In this document: positions 1 to 9,385 of the stretch, in pieces
Layout of the letters: each line of letters begins with the position of its first letter
How positions within the stretch are numbered: position 1 is the stretch's first letter
NCBI GenBank assembly: GCA_937867305.1
Contig: CALMKJ010000204.1
Coordinates: forward strand, 14,403-78,402
Direction of reading: 5' to 3'
Source: an uncultured Ectothiorhodospiraceae bacterium
GTDB taxonomy: Bacteria > Pseudomonadota > Gammaproteobacteria > JAABTG01
Length of the DNA: 64,000 nt
The notes under the pieces: model-generated
Database searches by the model: none
Told to the model about the DNA's origin: nothing
Seen by the model: the letters and a program-made list of their open reading frames with translations, nothing else
Translations under genes and position numbers: made by a program

Positions 1-1
1 G

Positions 2-163
2 CCTGCCGACAGCCCCGCGGGGATGAACGGCTCGGGGCTGCTGCTGGTCAACCCGCCGTGGCGGCTCGACGAGGAACTCGCCCAGTGGCTGCCCTGGCTC
101 CGCCGGCAACTCGCACCCCAGGGGCAGGGCGGCGAGTCGGTGGATTGGCTGGTGCCGGAGTGA
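2..163 (+). CDS. rlmJ: 23S rRNA (adenine2030-N6)-methyltransferase RlmJ, C-terminal fragment (5' end outside window)
   Basis: Translation ...SGLLLVNPPWRLDEELAQWLPWLRRQLAPQGQGGESVDWLVPE* matches the E. coli RlmJ C-terminus (SGMIVINPPWKLEQQMNNVLPWLHSKL...VSWIVPE), including the NPPW motif. Stop TGA at 161-163. It is not in the ORF track; the 58..321 ORF is another frame. Confidence 0.8.
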   Translation, partial: PADSPAGMNGSGLLLVNPPWRLDEELAQWLPWLRRQLAPQGQGGESVDWLVPE

Positions 164-164
164 G

Positions 165-193
165 GACCGGCCAGGTTCCGGGCCTGGCCGGTC
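165..193. terminator. bidirectional terminator hairpin between convergent rlmJ and the hyaD-like gene
   Basis: Perfect 11-bp inverted repeat GACCGGCCAGG-ttccggg-CCTGGCCGGTC immediately after the rlmJ stop. Confidence 0.55.
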
Positions 194-683
194 AGCGCCC
201 GGCGGCGCGCGCCCAGGACTCGGGCGAGCGGTCCTCGCAGAGCGCGATGGCGAAGCGGAAGGCCGCCTCCAGGTTGGCGCGGGCGGCCTCTCCGATGGGC
301 TCGCCGAGCTCGAATTCGTAGCCCCGGACGGTGAGCAGGTACGCGGGCGGCGCGGGCACGCCCTTCACCTGCTCCCACACCTGCAGGACCGCCGCCGGCG
401 AGAGGGCGTGGCTCGAGTAGGTGCGGTCCTCCTCCGGCAACACGCGGACAAAGGCGAACGGGCCCGGACCCGACACGCTCGCGTCGATGAAGAGCGCGAG
501 GCCCCGCCCTTCCAGGTCGAGGGCGTGCTCGATCTGGAGCTGGAAATCGGTCTGGGTCTCGATCGTCTCCCAGCCGGGCCGGCGCTCGCGCTCGCCCTCC
601 AGGAGCCCCAGGAGCTCGGGCCCGAGCGCATCGTCGCCCCGGCTGGGGTTGCCGTACCCGAAGATGAGCAGCGCCTCGCTCAT
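192..683 (-). CDS. hydrogenase maturation endopeptidase-like protein (peptidase A31, HyaD/HybD/HycI family), orphan
   Basis: C-terminal 163 aa of ORF 192..2552 starting [25 protein letters not shown]...FIDASVSG...SSHALSP. N-terminal GxGN..D, central (I/F)DA and C-terminal S-x-H-x-S motifs match those of hydrogenase maturation proteases. ATG at 681-683 overlaps the argH stop (ATGA). Confidence 0.55.
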   Translation of the reverse strand: MSEALLIFGYGNPSRGDDALGPELLGLLEGERERRPGWETIETQTDFQLQIEHALDLEGRGLALFIDASVSGPGPFAFVRVLPEEDRTYSSHALSPAAVLQVWEQVKGVPAPPAYLLTVRGYEFELGEPIGEAARANLEAAFRFAIALCEDRSPESWARAAGR

Positions 684-2077
684 GCCGCCTCCAGCCTTAT
701 CCGGGCCCGGGCGACCGCGGCCCGCACCTGGGCCGGCGCGGTGCCGCCCACGTGGTCCCGCGCGGCCACCGAGCCCTCCAGCGTCAGCACCTGGAACACG
801 TCGGGCTCGATCGCGGGCGAGAACCCCCGCAGCTCCTCCAGGGTCAGCTCCGCCAGGTCCCGCCCGGTCTCGATGCCGTGGCGCACTGCCTTGCCCACCA
901 CCTCGTGGGCGTCGCGGAAGGGCACGCCCCGGCGCACCAGGTAGTCGGCGAGGTCGGTGGCGGTCGCGTAGCCCCGCCGGGCGGCCTCGCGCATCCGGTC
1001 GCGCTTGACCCGCATCCCGGGAACCATGTCCGCGAACACGCGCAGCGAGGCGTGCACGGTGTCCACCGTGTCGAAGATCGCCTCCTTGTCCTCCTGGTTG
1101 TCCTTGTTGTAGGCGAGCGGCTGGGCCTTCATCAGCGTCAGCAGCGCCATCAGGTGACCGAACACCCGGCCGGTCTTGCCCCGCACCAGCTCCGGCACGT
1201 CCGGGTTCTTCTTCTGGGGCATGATCGAGGAGCCGGTGCAGAAGGCGTCGCCGAGGTCCACGAAGTCGAACTGCGCCGAGGACCAGAGCACCAGCTCCTC
1301 GGCCATCCGCGACAGGTGCATCATCAGGATCGAGGCCGCGGCGGCGAGCTCCACCACGAAGTCGCGGTCGCTCACCGCATCGAGGGAGTTGCCGCAGACC
1401 CCGTCGAAGCCGAGCAGCGCAGCGGCGTAGGGCCGGTCGACGGGGAAGGTCGTTCCGGCGAGGGCGGCCGCGCCGAGCGGGGAGCGGTTGAGCCTGCGCC
1501 GGGTGTCGGCGAGACGCTCCTCGTCGCGCGCCAGCATCTCGTACCAGGCCATCAGGTGGTGACCGAAGGTCACGGGCTGGGCGGTCTGCAGATGGGTGAA
1601 GCCTGGCATCAGCGTGTCGGCCTCGCGTTCGGCGAGGTCCACGAGGGCGGCCTGCAACCGGCGCAGCTCGGACACGGCGGCGTCCACGGCGTCCCGCAGG
1701 TACAGCCGCAGGTCGGTGGCGACCTGGTCGTTGCGCGAGCGCGCCGTGTGCAGCTTCTTGCCGGTCGCCCCGATGCGCGCGGTGAGGGCCGACTCCACGT
1801 GCATGTGGACGTCTTCGAGGGCCGTGGACCAGGCGAGGCGCCCGGCCTCGATGTCCGCGCGCACGGCCTCGAGCCCCGCGACGATCGCCTGGCACTCGGC
1901 TTCCGTCAGCACGCCCACCCGTGCGAGCATCCGCGCGTGGGCGATGGACCCGGCGATGTCGTGCCGGTACAGTCGCCGATCGAAGTCCACCGAAGCGGTG
2001 AAGGCCTCGACGAAGGCGTCGGTCGGGGCGGTGAAACGCCCGCCCCAGGGCTTCTTGTCCTGACCCTCGACCGGCAT
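680..2077 (-). CDS. argH: argininosuccinate lyase
   Basis: [26 protein letters not shown]...; fumarate-lyase signature [12 protein letters not shown]. True start is the internal ATG at 2075-2077, since the ORF-track start at 2341 adds 88 spurious Arg/Pro-rich residues. Confidence 0.93.
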   Translation of the reverse strand: MPVEGQDKKPWGGRFTAPTDAFVEAFTASVDFDRRLYRHDIAGSIAHARMLARVGVLTEAECQAIVAGLEAVRADIEAGRLAWSTALEDVHMHVESALTARIGATGKKLHTARSRNDQVATDLRLYLRDAVDAAVSELRRLQAALVDLAEREADTLMPGFTHLQTAQPVTFGHHLMAWYEMLARDEERLADTRRRLNRSPLGAAALAGTTFPVDRPYAAALLGFDGVCGNSLDAVSDRDFVVELAAAASILMMHLSRMAEELVLWSSAQFDFVDLGDAFCTGSSIMPQKKNPDVPELVRGKTGRVFGHLMALLTLMKAQPLAYNKDNQEDKEAIFDTVDTVHASLRVFADMVPGMRVKRDRMREAARRGYATATDLADYLVRRGVPFRDAHEVVGKAVRHGIETGRDLAELTLEELRGFSPAIEPDVFQVLTLEGSVAARDHVGGTAPAQVRAAVARARIRLEAA

Positions 2078-2139
2078 GGCGGGGCTCCTGGCGCATTGTG
2101 CGCGGGGCCCAGAGTATACCTCGCGACCCGGGCCAGCCC

Positions 2140-3192
2140 ATGGGAGCCAGCGCACCCCGCAGCCAGGACACCCCCTTCCTCCCCGATTTCTGCGACATCC
2201 GGGCCGTGTTCGCCGTCGTCCTGACCGGCGAGCTCCTGGCGCTCGTGCTGGCGCTGATGAGCGTGCCAGCGCTGGAGTTCTGGCCGGTGCTGGGGAGCAC
2301 GTCGCTGTTCGTGCAGTGGGTCGGCCTGAGCGCCGCGGCACTGCTCTGCGCCGGGGGCCGGCACCTCGCGCGGCTGCCTCCGGCCGCCGCGTCCTTCGCG
2401 GTCCTCGGGCTCGTGGTGGGGCTCACCGCCGTGCTCAGCCTGGTCGCGGTCTGGCTGTTCGACGAAGGGCCGCAGGCGCCCCGCCTGGGTGGCGAGGCCT
2501 GGGCCTTCCTCGCCCGCAACGTCGCCGTCGGGGGGCTGGTGGGCGCCGTCACCCTGCGTTATCTCTTCGTCCAGCACCAGTGGCGGCTGAACCTGGCGCG
2601 GGAGGCCAGCGCGCGGGTGCAGGCCCTGCAGTCCCGGATCCGGCCGCACTTCCTGTTCAACAGCATGAACACCATCGCGAGCCTGACCCGCACCGACCCC
2701 GCCCTGGCGGAGCGGGTGGTCGAGGACCTGGCCGAGCTGTTCCGCGTGAGCCTCGGCGACGCCCGGGCGCCGGCGACGCTGGAGCGGGAACTGGAGGTGT
2801 CGCGACGCTACCTGGAGATCGAGGCGCTGCGGCTTGGGGACCGCCTCCAGACTCGCTGGGAGGTCGCCAGCCTGCCGGGTGGCGCCCTCCTGCCTGCCCT
2901 GACGGTGCAGCCGCTTCTCGAGAACGCCGTCTCCCACGGCATCGAGCCGTCGCCCACGGGGGGACTGGTGAGCATCACGGGGCGGGTCGTGGAAGGCGTG
3001 CTGGAGGTGCGGGTGGAAAACCCCCTGCCGCCCCCCGGCGCCCCGGACCGCGGGGGCAACCGTGTCGCCCAGGACAACGTCCGCCAACGGCTGGAGGCCT
3101 TCTTCGGCGGGGCCGCCGGGCTCGAGGCGGGCCCCGGGGGCGGACGCTACGTCGCCACCCTGCGCTTCCCCTGGCGGGAGCGGACGCCGTGA
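2140..3192 (+). CDS. algZ: LytS-type sensor histidine kinase AlgZ/FimS
   Basis: Multi-TM N-terminus then the His_kinase motif [17 protein letters not shown] and an HATPase region. It is divergent from argH and followed by algR, as in Pseudomonas. The start is uncertain (2098 or 2140). Confidence 0.8.
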   Translation: MGASAPRSQDTPFLPDFCDIRAVFAVVLTGELLALVLALMSVPALEFWPVLGSTSLFVQWVGLSAAALLCAGGRHLARLPPAAASFAVLGLVVGLTAVLSLVAVWLFDEGPQAPRLGGEAWAFLARNVAVGGLVGAVTLRYLFVQHQWRLNLAREASARVQALQSRIRPHFLFNSMNTIASLTRTDPALAERVVEDLAELFRVSLGDARAPATLERELEVSRRYLEIEALRLGDRLQTRWEVASLPGGALLPALTVQPLLENAVSHGIEPSPTGGLVSITGRVVEGVLEVRVENPLPPPGAPDRGGNRVAQDNVRQRLEAFFGGAAGLEAGPGGGRYVATLRFPWRERTP

Positions 3193-3917
3193 AGGTCCTC
3201 GTCGTCGATGACGAGCCGCTCGCGCGTGCGCGCCTCGCCGCGCTGGTGGCCGAGATCGGGGGCGCGACGGTGGTGGGCGAGGCGGCCAACGGGCTGCAGG
3301 CGCTCGAGATGGCCCAGGCGAGCGGGCCCGAGGTCGTGCTGCTCGACGTGCGCATGCCCGGGATGGACGGGGTCGAGACGGCCCGCCACCTGGCGCGCCT
3401 GCCCTGCCCCCCCGCGGTGGTCTTCACCACGGCCTACGAGGTGCACGCCCTGTCCGCCTTCGAGGTCCGGGCGATCGACTACCTCCTGAAACCCATCCGG
3501 CGAGAGCGGCTGGCCGAGGCACTCCTGCGCGCGCGCCAACTCGCCCCCCATCGGGCCGAGGCGCTCACCGCGCTGCCCGGGGGAGTCCGCACCCACGTGA
3601 GCGCCACGCAGCAAGGCCGCCTCCGCCTGGTCCCGGTCACCGAAGTGCGCTACCTGGTGGCCGGCCAGAAGTACGTCGCGGCAGGCTTTCCGGGCGGGGA
3701 GCTGCTGCTCGAGGAATCGCTGCGCCAGCTCGAGGCCGAGCTCGGGGCGAGATTCCTGCGGGTGCACCGCAACGCGCTCGTCGCGCCCGCCCACGCCGAG
3801 GCCGTCGAGCGGGGCGACGACGGCCTGTACCACGTTCGGCTCCGGGGCGTCGGGCTGGCCCCCGCCGTCAGCCGGCGCCTGCTGGCCGGGGTGCGCGAGC
3901 GGCTACGGGGGCGGTGA
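3189..3917 (+). CDS. algR: LytTR-family response regulator AlgR
   Basis: [16 protein letters not shown]... receiver domain plus a C-terminal LytTR domain (FLRVHRNALVAPAHAEAVE). The GTG start overlaps the algZ stop (GTGA). Confidence 0.88.
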   Translation: MKVLVVDDEPLARARLAALVAEIGGATVVGEAANGLQALEMAQASGPEVVLLDVRMPGMDGVETARHLARLPCPPAVVFTTAYEVHALSAFEVRAIDYLLKPIRRERLAEALLRARQLAPHRAEALTALPGGVRTHVSATQQGRLRLVPVTEVRYLVAGQKYVAAGFPGGELLLEESLRQLEAELGARFLRVHRNALVAPAHAEAVERGDDGLYHVRLRGVGLAPAVSRRLLAGVRERLRGR

Positions 3918-3972
3918 GCAACGTTCATCGCCCGGGGACGAGGACCGGCCCACGGTGGGCCTTCGGTCTCCC

Positions 3973-4710
3973 TCAGCGGTCTGCGAGGTCGCCCCAGCAC
4001 GCCTGGATGGCCGCGAGTGCCGCCACCACCGCGGTCTCCGTGCGCAGGATGCGGGGGCCCAGGCGCAGGGGGGTGAAGCCCCGGTGAGCCGCCAGGGCGA
4101 GCTCCGCGGGCGCGAGCCCCCCCTCGGGGCCGATGAGAAGCGTCACCGCTCCCTGGGGGCGTGGCAGGTCGCTCAGCGCGGCCTCGGCCACCGGCGAGAG
4201 CACCAGGCGCGCCCCCGAACTCGCGGCGGCGAGCCAGTCGGCGACCCCGGCCACCTCCCCCAGGCGGGGCAGGCGGTTGCGGCCGCACTGCTCGCAGGCA
4301 CTGGCCATCACTCGGTGCCAGTGGACTCGCCTCGACAGGGCCCTCTCCGAGTCGAGCTGCACCACGCAGCGCTCGGTGACGAGCGGCACGACTTCCGCGA
4401 CCCCGAGCTCCACCGCCTTCTGGAGCCCGAAGTCCATCCGCTCGCCCCGAGAGATGCCGAGCCCCAGGGTCACGGCGAGCGGCGATTCGCGATCGCGCGC
4501 GCGGTGCTCGCCCACCTCCACCAGGAAGCGCCCGCGGCTGCCCTCCCCCACCCGGGCCTCCCACTCCCCGCCACGGCCGTTGAACAGCGTGACGGGGTCC
4601 CCGGTGCGCAGGCGCAGGACCCGGCCCACGTAGCTCGCCGCCTCGGGCGGCAGCTCGACGACCCGCCCGGGCGAGAGGTCCGCGTCCAGGAAGAGGCGGC
4701 TGACTCGCAA
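3973..4710 (-). CDS. rsmE: 16S rRNA (uracil1498-N3)-methyltransferase
   Basis: MRVSRLFLDADLSPGRVVELPPEAASYVGRVLRLRTGDPVTLFNGRGGEW...LLIGPEGGLAPAE matches the RsmE family. Confidence 0.85.
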   Translation of the reverse strand: MRVSRLFLDADLSPGRVVELPPEAASYVGRVLRLRTGDPVTLFNGRGGEWEARVGEGSRGRFLVEVGEHRARDRESPLAVTLGLGISRGERMDFGLQKAVELGVAEVVPLVTERCVVQLDSERALSRRVHWHRVMASACEQCGRNRLPRLGEVAGVADWLAAASSGARLVLSPVAEAALSDLPRPQGAVTLLIGPEGGLAPAELALAAHRGFTPLRLGPRILRTETAVVAALAAIQACWGDLADR

Positions 4711-4711
4711 T

Positions 4712-6088
4712 TCAGGGGGCTCCGGAGTCCGCCGTGGCGAGCTCGATGCCCTCCCGCGCCACCTGCGCGAGCCGGTGGATCTGCTCGGGTGTGATGACGT
4801 AGGGCGGCATGAAATAGACGACGTCGCCGAGGGGCCGCAGCAGCACCCCTCGCCCGAGGGCGTGGCGGTAGACCCGGAGCCCGCGGCGCTCCTGCCACGC
4901 GTACGGCTCCCGGGTCTTCCGGTCCCGCACCAGCTCCACGGCGAGGATCATCCCGTGCTGGCGCACCTCGCCCACGTGGGGGTGCTCCGCGAGGGGCGCG
5001 ACCGCCTGCGCCATCTCCCGGGACAGCTCCCGATTGTGCGCGCACACGTCGTCCTGCTCGAAGATGTCCAGGCTCGCCAGGGCCGCGCGGCAGCCGAGCG
5101 CGTTGCCGGTGTAGCTGTGCGAGTGCAGGAACGCCCGCAGCGTCGCGTAGTCGTCGTAGAAGGCCTGGTAGACGCGCTCGGTCGTGAGCGTAGCGGCGAG
5201 CGGCAGGTACCCGCCGGTGAGGCCCTTCGACAGGCACAGGAAATCCGGCGAGATGCCCGCCTGCTCGCACGCGAACAGCGTGCCGGTGCGCCCGAACCCG
5301 ACCGCCACTTCGTCGGCGATCAGGTGCACGCGGTGGCGGTCGCAGAGCTCGCGCAACAGGCGCAGGTAGATCGGGTCGTACATGCGCATGGAGCCCGCGC
5401 ACTGCACGAGCGGCTCCACGATGACCGCGCACACCTCGCCGGCGTGGCGCTCCAGCGTCTCGCGCATCGGCTCCAGCATCCGGCGCGAGTGCTCCGCGCA
5501 GGACTCTCCCGCCGCACGGTGCCAGCAGTCCGGGGAGGGCACCGTCAGCACCCCCATCAGCAGGGGCTCGTAGGTCGTCTTGTAGAGCGACACGTCTCCG
5601 GCGGCGAGGGCGCCCAGGGTCTCGCCGTGGTAGCTGTTCGTGAGGTTCACGAAGCGGGTGCGACCCGGCTCGCCGGCATTGCGCCAGTAGTGAAAGCTCA
5701 TCTTGAGCGCGATCTCGACCGCGGTCGACCCGTTGTCCGAGAAGAAACAGCGCTCGAGTCCGGGCGGAGTCAGCGCCACCAGCCGCTCGGCCAACTCCAG
5801 CGCGGGCGCGTGCGTGAAGCCCGCGAGGATGACGTGCTCGAGCTCGTCCAGCTGCGCCTTCAGGGCCGCGTTGATGCGCGGGTTGGCGTGCCCGAAGAGG
5901 TTGACCCACCAGGAGCTGACCGCATCGAGGTAGCGGTTCCCATCGAAGTCCTCGAGCCAAACGCCCTCGCCCCGCCGGATCGGGATCGGTGGCAGCGCCT
6001 CGTGGTCCTTCATCTGGGTGCAGGGGTGCCAGAGGACCGCCAGGTCTCGGGCCACCAGGTCTGCGTTGCGGGTCGGGCGCGCGGCCAC
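4712..6088 (-). CDS. bioA: adenosylmethionine-8-amino-7-oxononanoate aminotransferase
   Basis: Aligns with E. coli BioA from LWHPCTQMKDHEALPPIPI, including DAVSSWW, VIVEPLVQCAGSMRMY, IADEVAVGFGRTG and LCLSKGLTGGYLPL. The start was chosen at a GTG (6088; alternative 6055) because the ORF-track start at 6694 is a GC-artefact extension that overlaps rsd. Confidence 0.85.
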   Translation of the reverse strand: MAARPTRNADLVARDLAVLWHPCTQMKDHEALPPIPIRRGEGVWLEDFDGNRYLDAVSSWWVNLFGHANPRINAALKAQLDELEHVILAGFTHAPALELAERLVALTPPGLERCFFSDNGSTAVEIALKMSFHYWRNAGEPGRTRFVNLTNSYHGETLGALAAGDVSLYKTTYEPLLMGVLTVPSPDCWHRAAGESCAEHSRRMLEPMRETLERHAGEVCAVIVEPLVQCAGSMRMYDPIYLRLLRELCDRHRVHLIADEVAVGFGRTGTLFACEQAGISPDFLCLSKGLTGGYLPLAATLTTERVYQAFYDDYATLRAFLHSHSYTGNALGCRAALASLDIFEQDDVCAHNRELSREMAQAVAPLAEHPHVGEVRQHGMILAVELVRDRKTREPYAWQERRGLRVYRHALGRGVLLRPLGDVVYFMPPYVITPEQIHRLAQVAREGIELATADSGAP

Positions 6089-6132
6089 GGCAGGGAGACG
6101 GCCCGCGCAGTCCACGGGCTCGCGGTTGACGC

Positions 6133-6681
6133 TCAGCTTCGTGCCAGCAGGGCCGCGAAGAGCCGGTCCTCGAGCTCGAAGCGGACGGCCAGCGTCTCGC
6201 CGATCCGGGAGAGGTCCTCCGACAATCCGCCGGCGAGCTTTTCGGGTGTAAGGACTTCGTAGCGGTCGTTGAACTCCACCACCTCGTCGGTGATCGCCGA
6301 AAGCCGCGGAAACACCTCCTCGGCGACTGCGCGCACGCCCGCACGCCGCTCGCCGCCGTCGGCGATGCGGGTGCAGAGTTCGAAGTGAACGACCGCCACG
6401 TAGTCGACCAGCAGCTGACAGAACTTGCGCAGGAGGCTGCGCACCGGCTTGTCCGGGTGGTAGGGCTCGAGGCCCGCGACCTCGCAGAAGGCGACCAGGA
6501 GGTCCTGGCGCTCCGCGAGGAGTCTCTGCACCAGATCCCGGGTGTGGCCCCGGCGCTCGACGAACTCGATGGGGCCTTGTGTCTGCGCCTGCGCCTGCGC
6601 CCCTGGCTGTGTCTGCGTCTGCATCGGTCTCGACCCGCTCCGGCGAGATCGCTCGCCGGGCGATAGGTAAACATTTTCCAC
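6133..6681 (-). CDS. rsd: Rsd/AlgQ family anti-sigma-70 regulator
   Basis: DLVQRLLAERQDLLVAFCEVAG...LRKFCQLLVDYVAVVHFELCTRI...RFELEDRLFAALL aligns with E. coli Rsd/Pseudomonas AlgQ. An alternative start lies at 6624. Confidence 0.75.
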   Translation of the reverse strand: MENVYLSPGERSRRSGSRPMQTQTQPGAQAQAQTQGPIEFVERRGHTRDLVQRLLAERQDLLVAFCEVAGLEPYHPDKPVRSLLRKFCQLLVDYVAVVHFELCTRIADGGERRAGVRAVAEEVFPRLSAITDEVVEFNDRYEVLTPEKLAGGLSEDLSRIGETLAVRFELEDRLFAALLARS

Positions 6682-6725
6682 GCGTCCCTGGCAAGCGGGA
6701 CCGGCGCCACGCCAGGTCTTTCCGG

Positions 6726-7442
6726 TCAGGGCGAGGCCGTGGTCGGCAGGAACCTCAGCTCGGTCTGCAACCGGCCTTCGAACCAGGCCTCCACGTCCAC
6801 GCGACAGTCCCTGTCCCGGACCGTGAATCCGGGCTGCGGCTCGGGCTTCGAGCCAGCGAAGCGCAGCCGGTCACAGGGATAGCGCACCGTCATCGTGACC
6901 CGCATGGGGTAGTAGCCGTCGAGGAAGCGGCGCATGTACGGCCCGTTGTGCAGCGTGTAGGCGCCGTCCTGCTCGGCGCTGAACGCCCGGCTCTCGGCCT
7001 TCACGCAGAGCTCGGCGCCGCGCTGCACTCCCTCCAGTTGCAGCGAAGGACCCTCGACCCACGCGCGGTCGATCCCCCGGGAGCTCGCCACGCTGACCCC
7101 GCGGATGCGCCCCGGGGGATACACCACCTCCGCGCGCGGCACGGCGTCCAGGTGCTCGTGACACTGCTCCAGACGCACCCACCCCTCACGCAGGCTCTCG
7201 GGGCCGATGACGATGTCGTTGTGGTGATGGTGCACCGCCTTCGGGGGCGGCTCGGCGAGGAAGGACAGCTTTCCCTCGTTGACCCCGACGGTACTCGCCT
7301 CGAGTTCGTCGTCGCAGGCCGCGCACTCGGAGTCCACCGCCGCGGACTCGGAGCCCACCGCTGCGGGTGCGGCGAGCGCCGCGAGGAGGAACGACACGCC
7401 GGCCGTGCGCAGCCACCCTTGTCCCCGATCGCCTCGTCCCAT
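6726..7442 (-). CDS. hypothetical exported protein (signal peptide; His-rich HHHHND segment)
   Basis: MGRGDRGQGWLRTAGVSFLLAALAAPAAVG signal-like N-terminus. I recognise no family. The start is the ATG at 7440-7442. Confidence 0.45.
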   Translation of the reverse strand: MGRGDRGQGWLRTAGVSFLLAALAAPAAVGSESAAVDSECAACDDELEASTVGVNEGKLSFLAEPPPKAVHHHHNDIVIGPESLREGWVRLEQCHEHLDAVPRAEVVYPPGRIRGVSVASSRGIDRAWVEGPSLQLEGVQRGAELCVKAESRAFSAEQDGAYTLHNGPYMRRFLDGYYPMRVTMTVRYPCDRLRFAGSKPEPQPGFTVRDRDCRVDVEAWFEGRLQTELRFLPTTASP

Positions 7443-7508
7443 TACAGTCCTCTCCCCGCTTCCCGCCCCACGAGCACACAGACCCCGACCGGGGCCCGGA
7501 CCTTCGCC

Positions 7509-8201
7509 TTGACCACGTCGACGATCACCCGCCCCGACGCCCCGCTGGTCGACTGGACCGAGATCCGCACCGTCCTGCTCGACATGGACGGCACCCTGCT
7601 CGATCTCCACTTCGACAACACATTCTGGCTCGAGCACGTGCCCTTGCGCTACGCGCAGCGCCACCGGGTCGACCTGGAGGAGGCGCGCACGCACGTCCTC
7701 GGCCGCTACCGCGAGGTCGAGGGGACGATGCAGTGGTACTGCGTGGACTACTGGACGGACGAGCTCGGACTCGACATCGTGGACCTGAAGCGGGAACTGG
7801 GGCACCTCATCGGCGTGCAGCCCCACGCCCTGGAGTTCCTGGAGCGCGTGCGCGAGAGCGGCCGGCGGCTCGTGCTGGTCACCAACGCGCACGCCCGGAG
7901 CCTCGCGCTGAAGCTCGAGCGGACCGACATCGGGCTGCACTTCGACGTCATCGTGTGCGCCCACGACCTCGGCCTGCCCAAGGAGAGCACGGACTTCTGG
8001 GACCTGCTGCACGAGCGGGAGCCCTTCGACCCGGCCACGACGCTGCTGGTGGACGACAGCCTGTCGGTGCTTCGGGCGGCCCGGGCCTGGGGTCTTCGGC
8101 GCCTGCTGGCCGTCCTCCGCCCCGACAGCCGCGCCCCCCGGCGCGAGGTGGGCGAGTTTCCGGCCATCGAGAGCTTCCGGGACATCATGCCGCCCCGCTA
8201 G
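7509..8201 (+). CDS. yrfG: HAD-family GMP/IMP nucleotidase (YrfG-like)
   Basis: TTSTITRPDAPLVDWTEIRTVLLDMDGTLLDLHFDNTFWLE...MQWYCVDYW...LVTNAH...LLVDDS aligns along the full length with E. coli YrfG, including the DxDGT motif. TTG start at 7509. Confidence 0.75.
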   Translation: MTTSTITRPDAPLVDWTEIRTVLLDMDGTLLDLHFDNTFWLEHVPLRYAQRHRVDLEEARTHVLGRYREVEGTMQWYCVDYWTDELGLDIVDLKRELGHLIGVQPHALEFLERVRESGRRLVLVTNAHARSLALKLERTDIGLHFDVIVCAHDLGLPKESTDFWDLLHEREPFDPATTLLVDDSLSVLRAARAWGLRRLLAVLRPDSRAPRREVGEFPAIESFRDIMPPR

Positions 8202-8928
8202 CGGGGCTCCCCTGGTCCCCACGGCGGACCAGCACCAGATCCCAGACACCGTGCCCCAGCCGCCGCCCGCGCCGCTCGAAGCGGGTCACCGGCCGATCTC
8301 CCGGCCCTTCGGCGAAGCGCCCAGGGCCGGCTGGGCTCACGAGGCGTGGCTCGGCGCCTGTCACCTCGAGCATCCCGAGGGCGTAGTCCTCCCAGTCGGT
8401 CGCCAGGTGCAGCGTCCCCCCGGGACGCAGGGCACGGGCCCACAGCGCCACGAGCGCCGGCTGCACCAGCCGACGCTTCTGGTGGCGCTTCTTCGGCCAG
8501 GGGTCCGGGAACCAGACGTACACGGCGTCGAGCGAGGACTCCGGGATCCGCTCCTCGAACACCGCGACGGCGTCGCCCCGCAGCACCCGCACGTTGTCGA
8601 GTCCTCGAGCGGCCAGCCCGGCGAGCAGACGCCCGACCCCCGGGGGGTACACGTCGATGCCGAGAAACCCGCGCTCCGGGTACGCCGCCGCGAGTTGGAG
8701 CAGTGCGTCACCGTTGCCGAACCCCACCTCCACTGCCAGCGGGAGACTGCGGCCGAAGAGGGACACGGCGTCGATCCGGCTGCCTTCCTCGACGCCGAAG
8801 CGCGGCCAGAGCTCCTCGATGGCCCGACGCTGGGCGTCGGTCATCCTGCCCGCCCGCACCACGTAGCTGCGGACGCTTCTGAGATGCGCATCCGGTCGAG
8901 GGACCGGGTCCTCGGCTTCGGTTACCAT
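8185..8928 (-). CDS. trmB: tRNA (guanine46-N7)-methyltransferase
   Basis: MVTEAEDPVPRPDAHLRSVRSYVVRAGRMTDAQ...FPDPWPKKRHQKRR...TDWEDYA...RPVTRFERRGRRLGHGVWDL aligns with E. coli TrmB. The 3' end overlaps yrfG by 17 nt (convergent). Confidence 0.9.
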   Translation of the reverse strand: MVTEAEDPVPRPDAHLRSVRSYVVRAGRMTDAQRRAIEELWPRFGVEEGSRIDAVSLFGRSLPLAVEVGFGNGDALLQLAAAYPERGFLGIDVYPPGVGRLLAGLAARGLDNVRVLRGDAVAVFEERIPESSLDAVYVWFPDPWPKKRHQKRRLVQPALVALWARALRPGGTLHLATDWEDYALGMLEVTGAEPRLVSPAGPGRFAEGPGDRPVTRFERRGRRLGHGVWDLVLVRRGDQGSPASGAA

Positions 8929-8974
8929 ATAATCTGATGCACAACGGTGTGCCAGGGCCCGCGGAAGCGACCCC

Positions 8975-9385
8975 GTGAGCAGAATACCCCCAATGGTCGT
9001 CGTCGTGGACGACAGCGCCGCGGCCATCTCCCAGTACGAGGCGAGCGTGCGCAGCCTGGAGGTGGACATCCAGGCGTTCCGCTCGGCGGACGATGCCTAC
9101 GCGTACCTGCGCGAGAACCCGGCCGACCTGTTGTTCCTCGACATCGTGATGCCGAAGAAGGACGGCTTCACCCTGCTCAGGGAGCTGCGGGCCCTTCCCG
9201 AGCAGCGGGAGATGCCCGTCGTCGTCGTCACGTCCAAGGACTACGCTCAGGACCGGGCGCTCGCGCGCGACCTCGGGGCACGGGAGTTCCTGCTGAAGCC
9301 GCTGCGCTCCCGGGAGATCCGTTCCCTCATCGAGCGATACACCGGTGCGCAGTTGCGCCCCATTTCCGAAGACGGCGACCCATGA
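8975..9385 (+). CDS. single-domain response regulator (CheY-like receiver, no output domain)
   Basis: VVVVDDSAAA...LLFLDIVMPKKDGFTLLRELR...PVVVVTSKD...EFLLKPL carries the canonical receiver Asp and Lys positions. Confidence 0.75.
   Translation: MSRIPPMVVVVDDSAAAISQYEASVRSLEVDIQAFRSADDAYAYLRENPADLLFLDIVMPKKDGFTLLRELRALPEQREMPVVVVTSKDYAQDRALARDLGAREFLLKPLRSREIRSLIERYTGAQLRPISEDGDP

Noticed and set aside
58-321. 87-aa plus-strand ORF
   Set aside because: It is in the wrong frame relative to the unmistakable RlmJ C-terminus (frame 2, stop at 161-163). The remainder overlaps the convergent hyaD-like gene.
752-2224. 490-aa plus-strand ORF (and the 408..944 and 421..1008 ORFs) opposite argH
   Set aside because: These are antisense to a clearly conserved argH. 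Their translations are Arg/Gly/Pro/His-rich low-complexity typical of high-GC antisense frames. No motif is visible.
2076-3188. First 370 aa of the 613-aa ORF 2076..3917
   Set aside because: Only the C-terminal 242 aa (AlgR, from the GTG at 3189) have protein-like composition and homology. The upstream part overlaps algZ in another frame.
4470-6710. 746-aa minus-strand ORF overlapping rsmE/bioA/rsd in another frame
   Set aside because: Its composition (poly-Arg/Ala/Gly/Pro) and lack of motifs indicate an alternative-frame artefact. bioA and rsd are clearly the coding frames.
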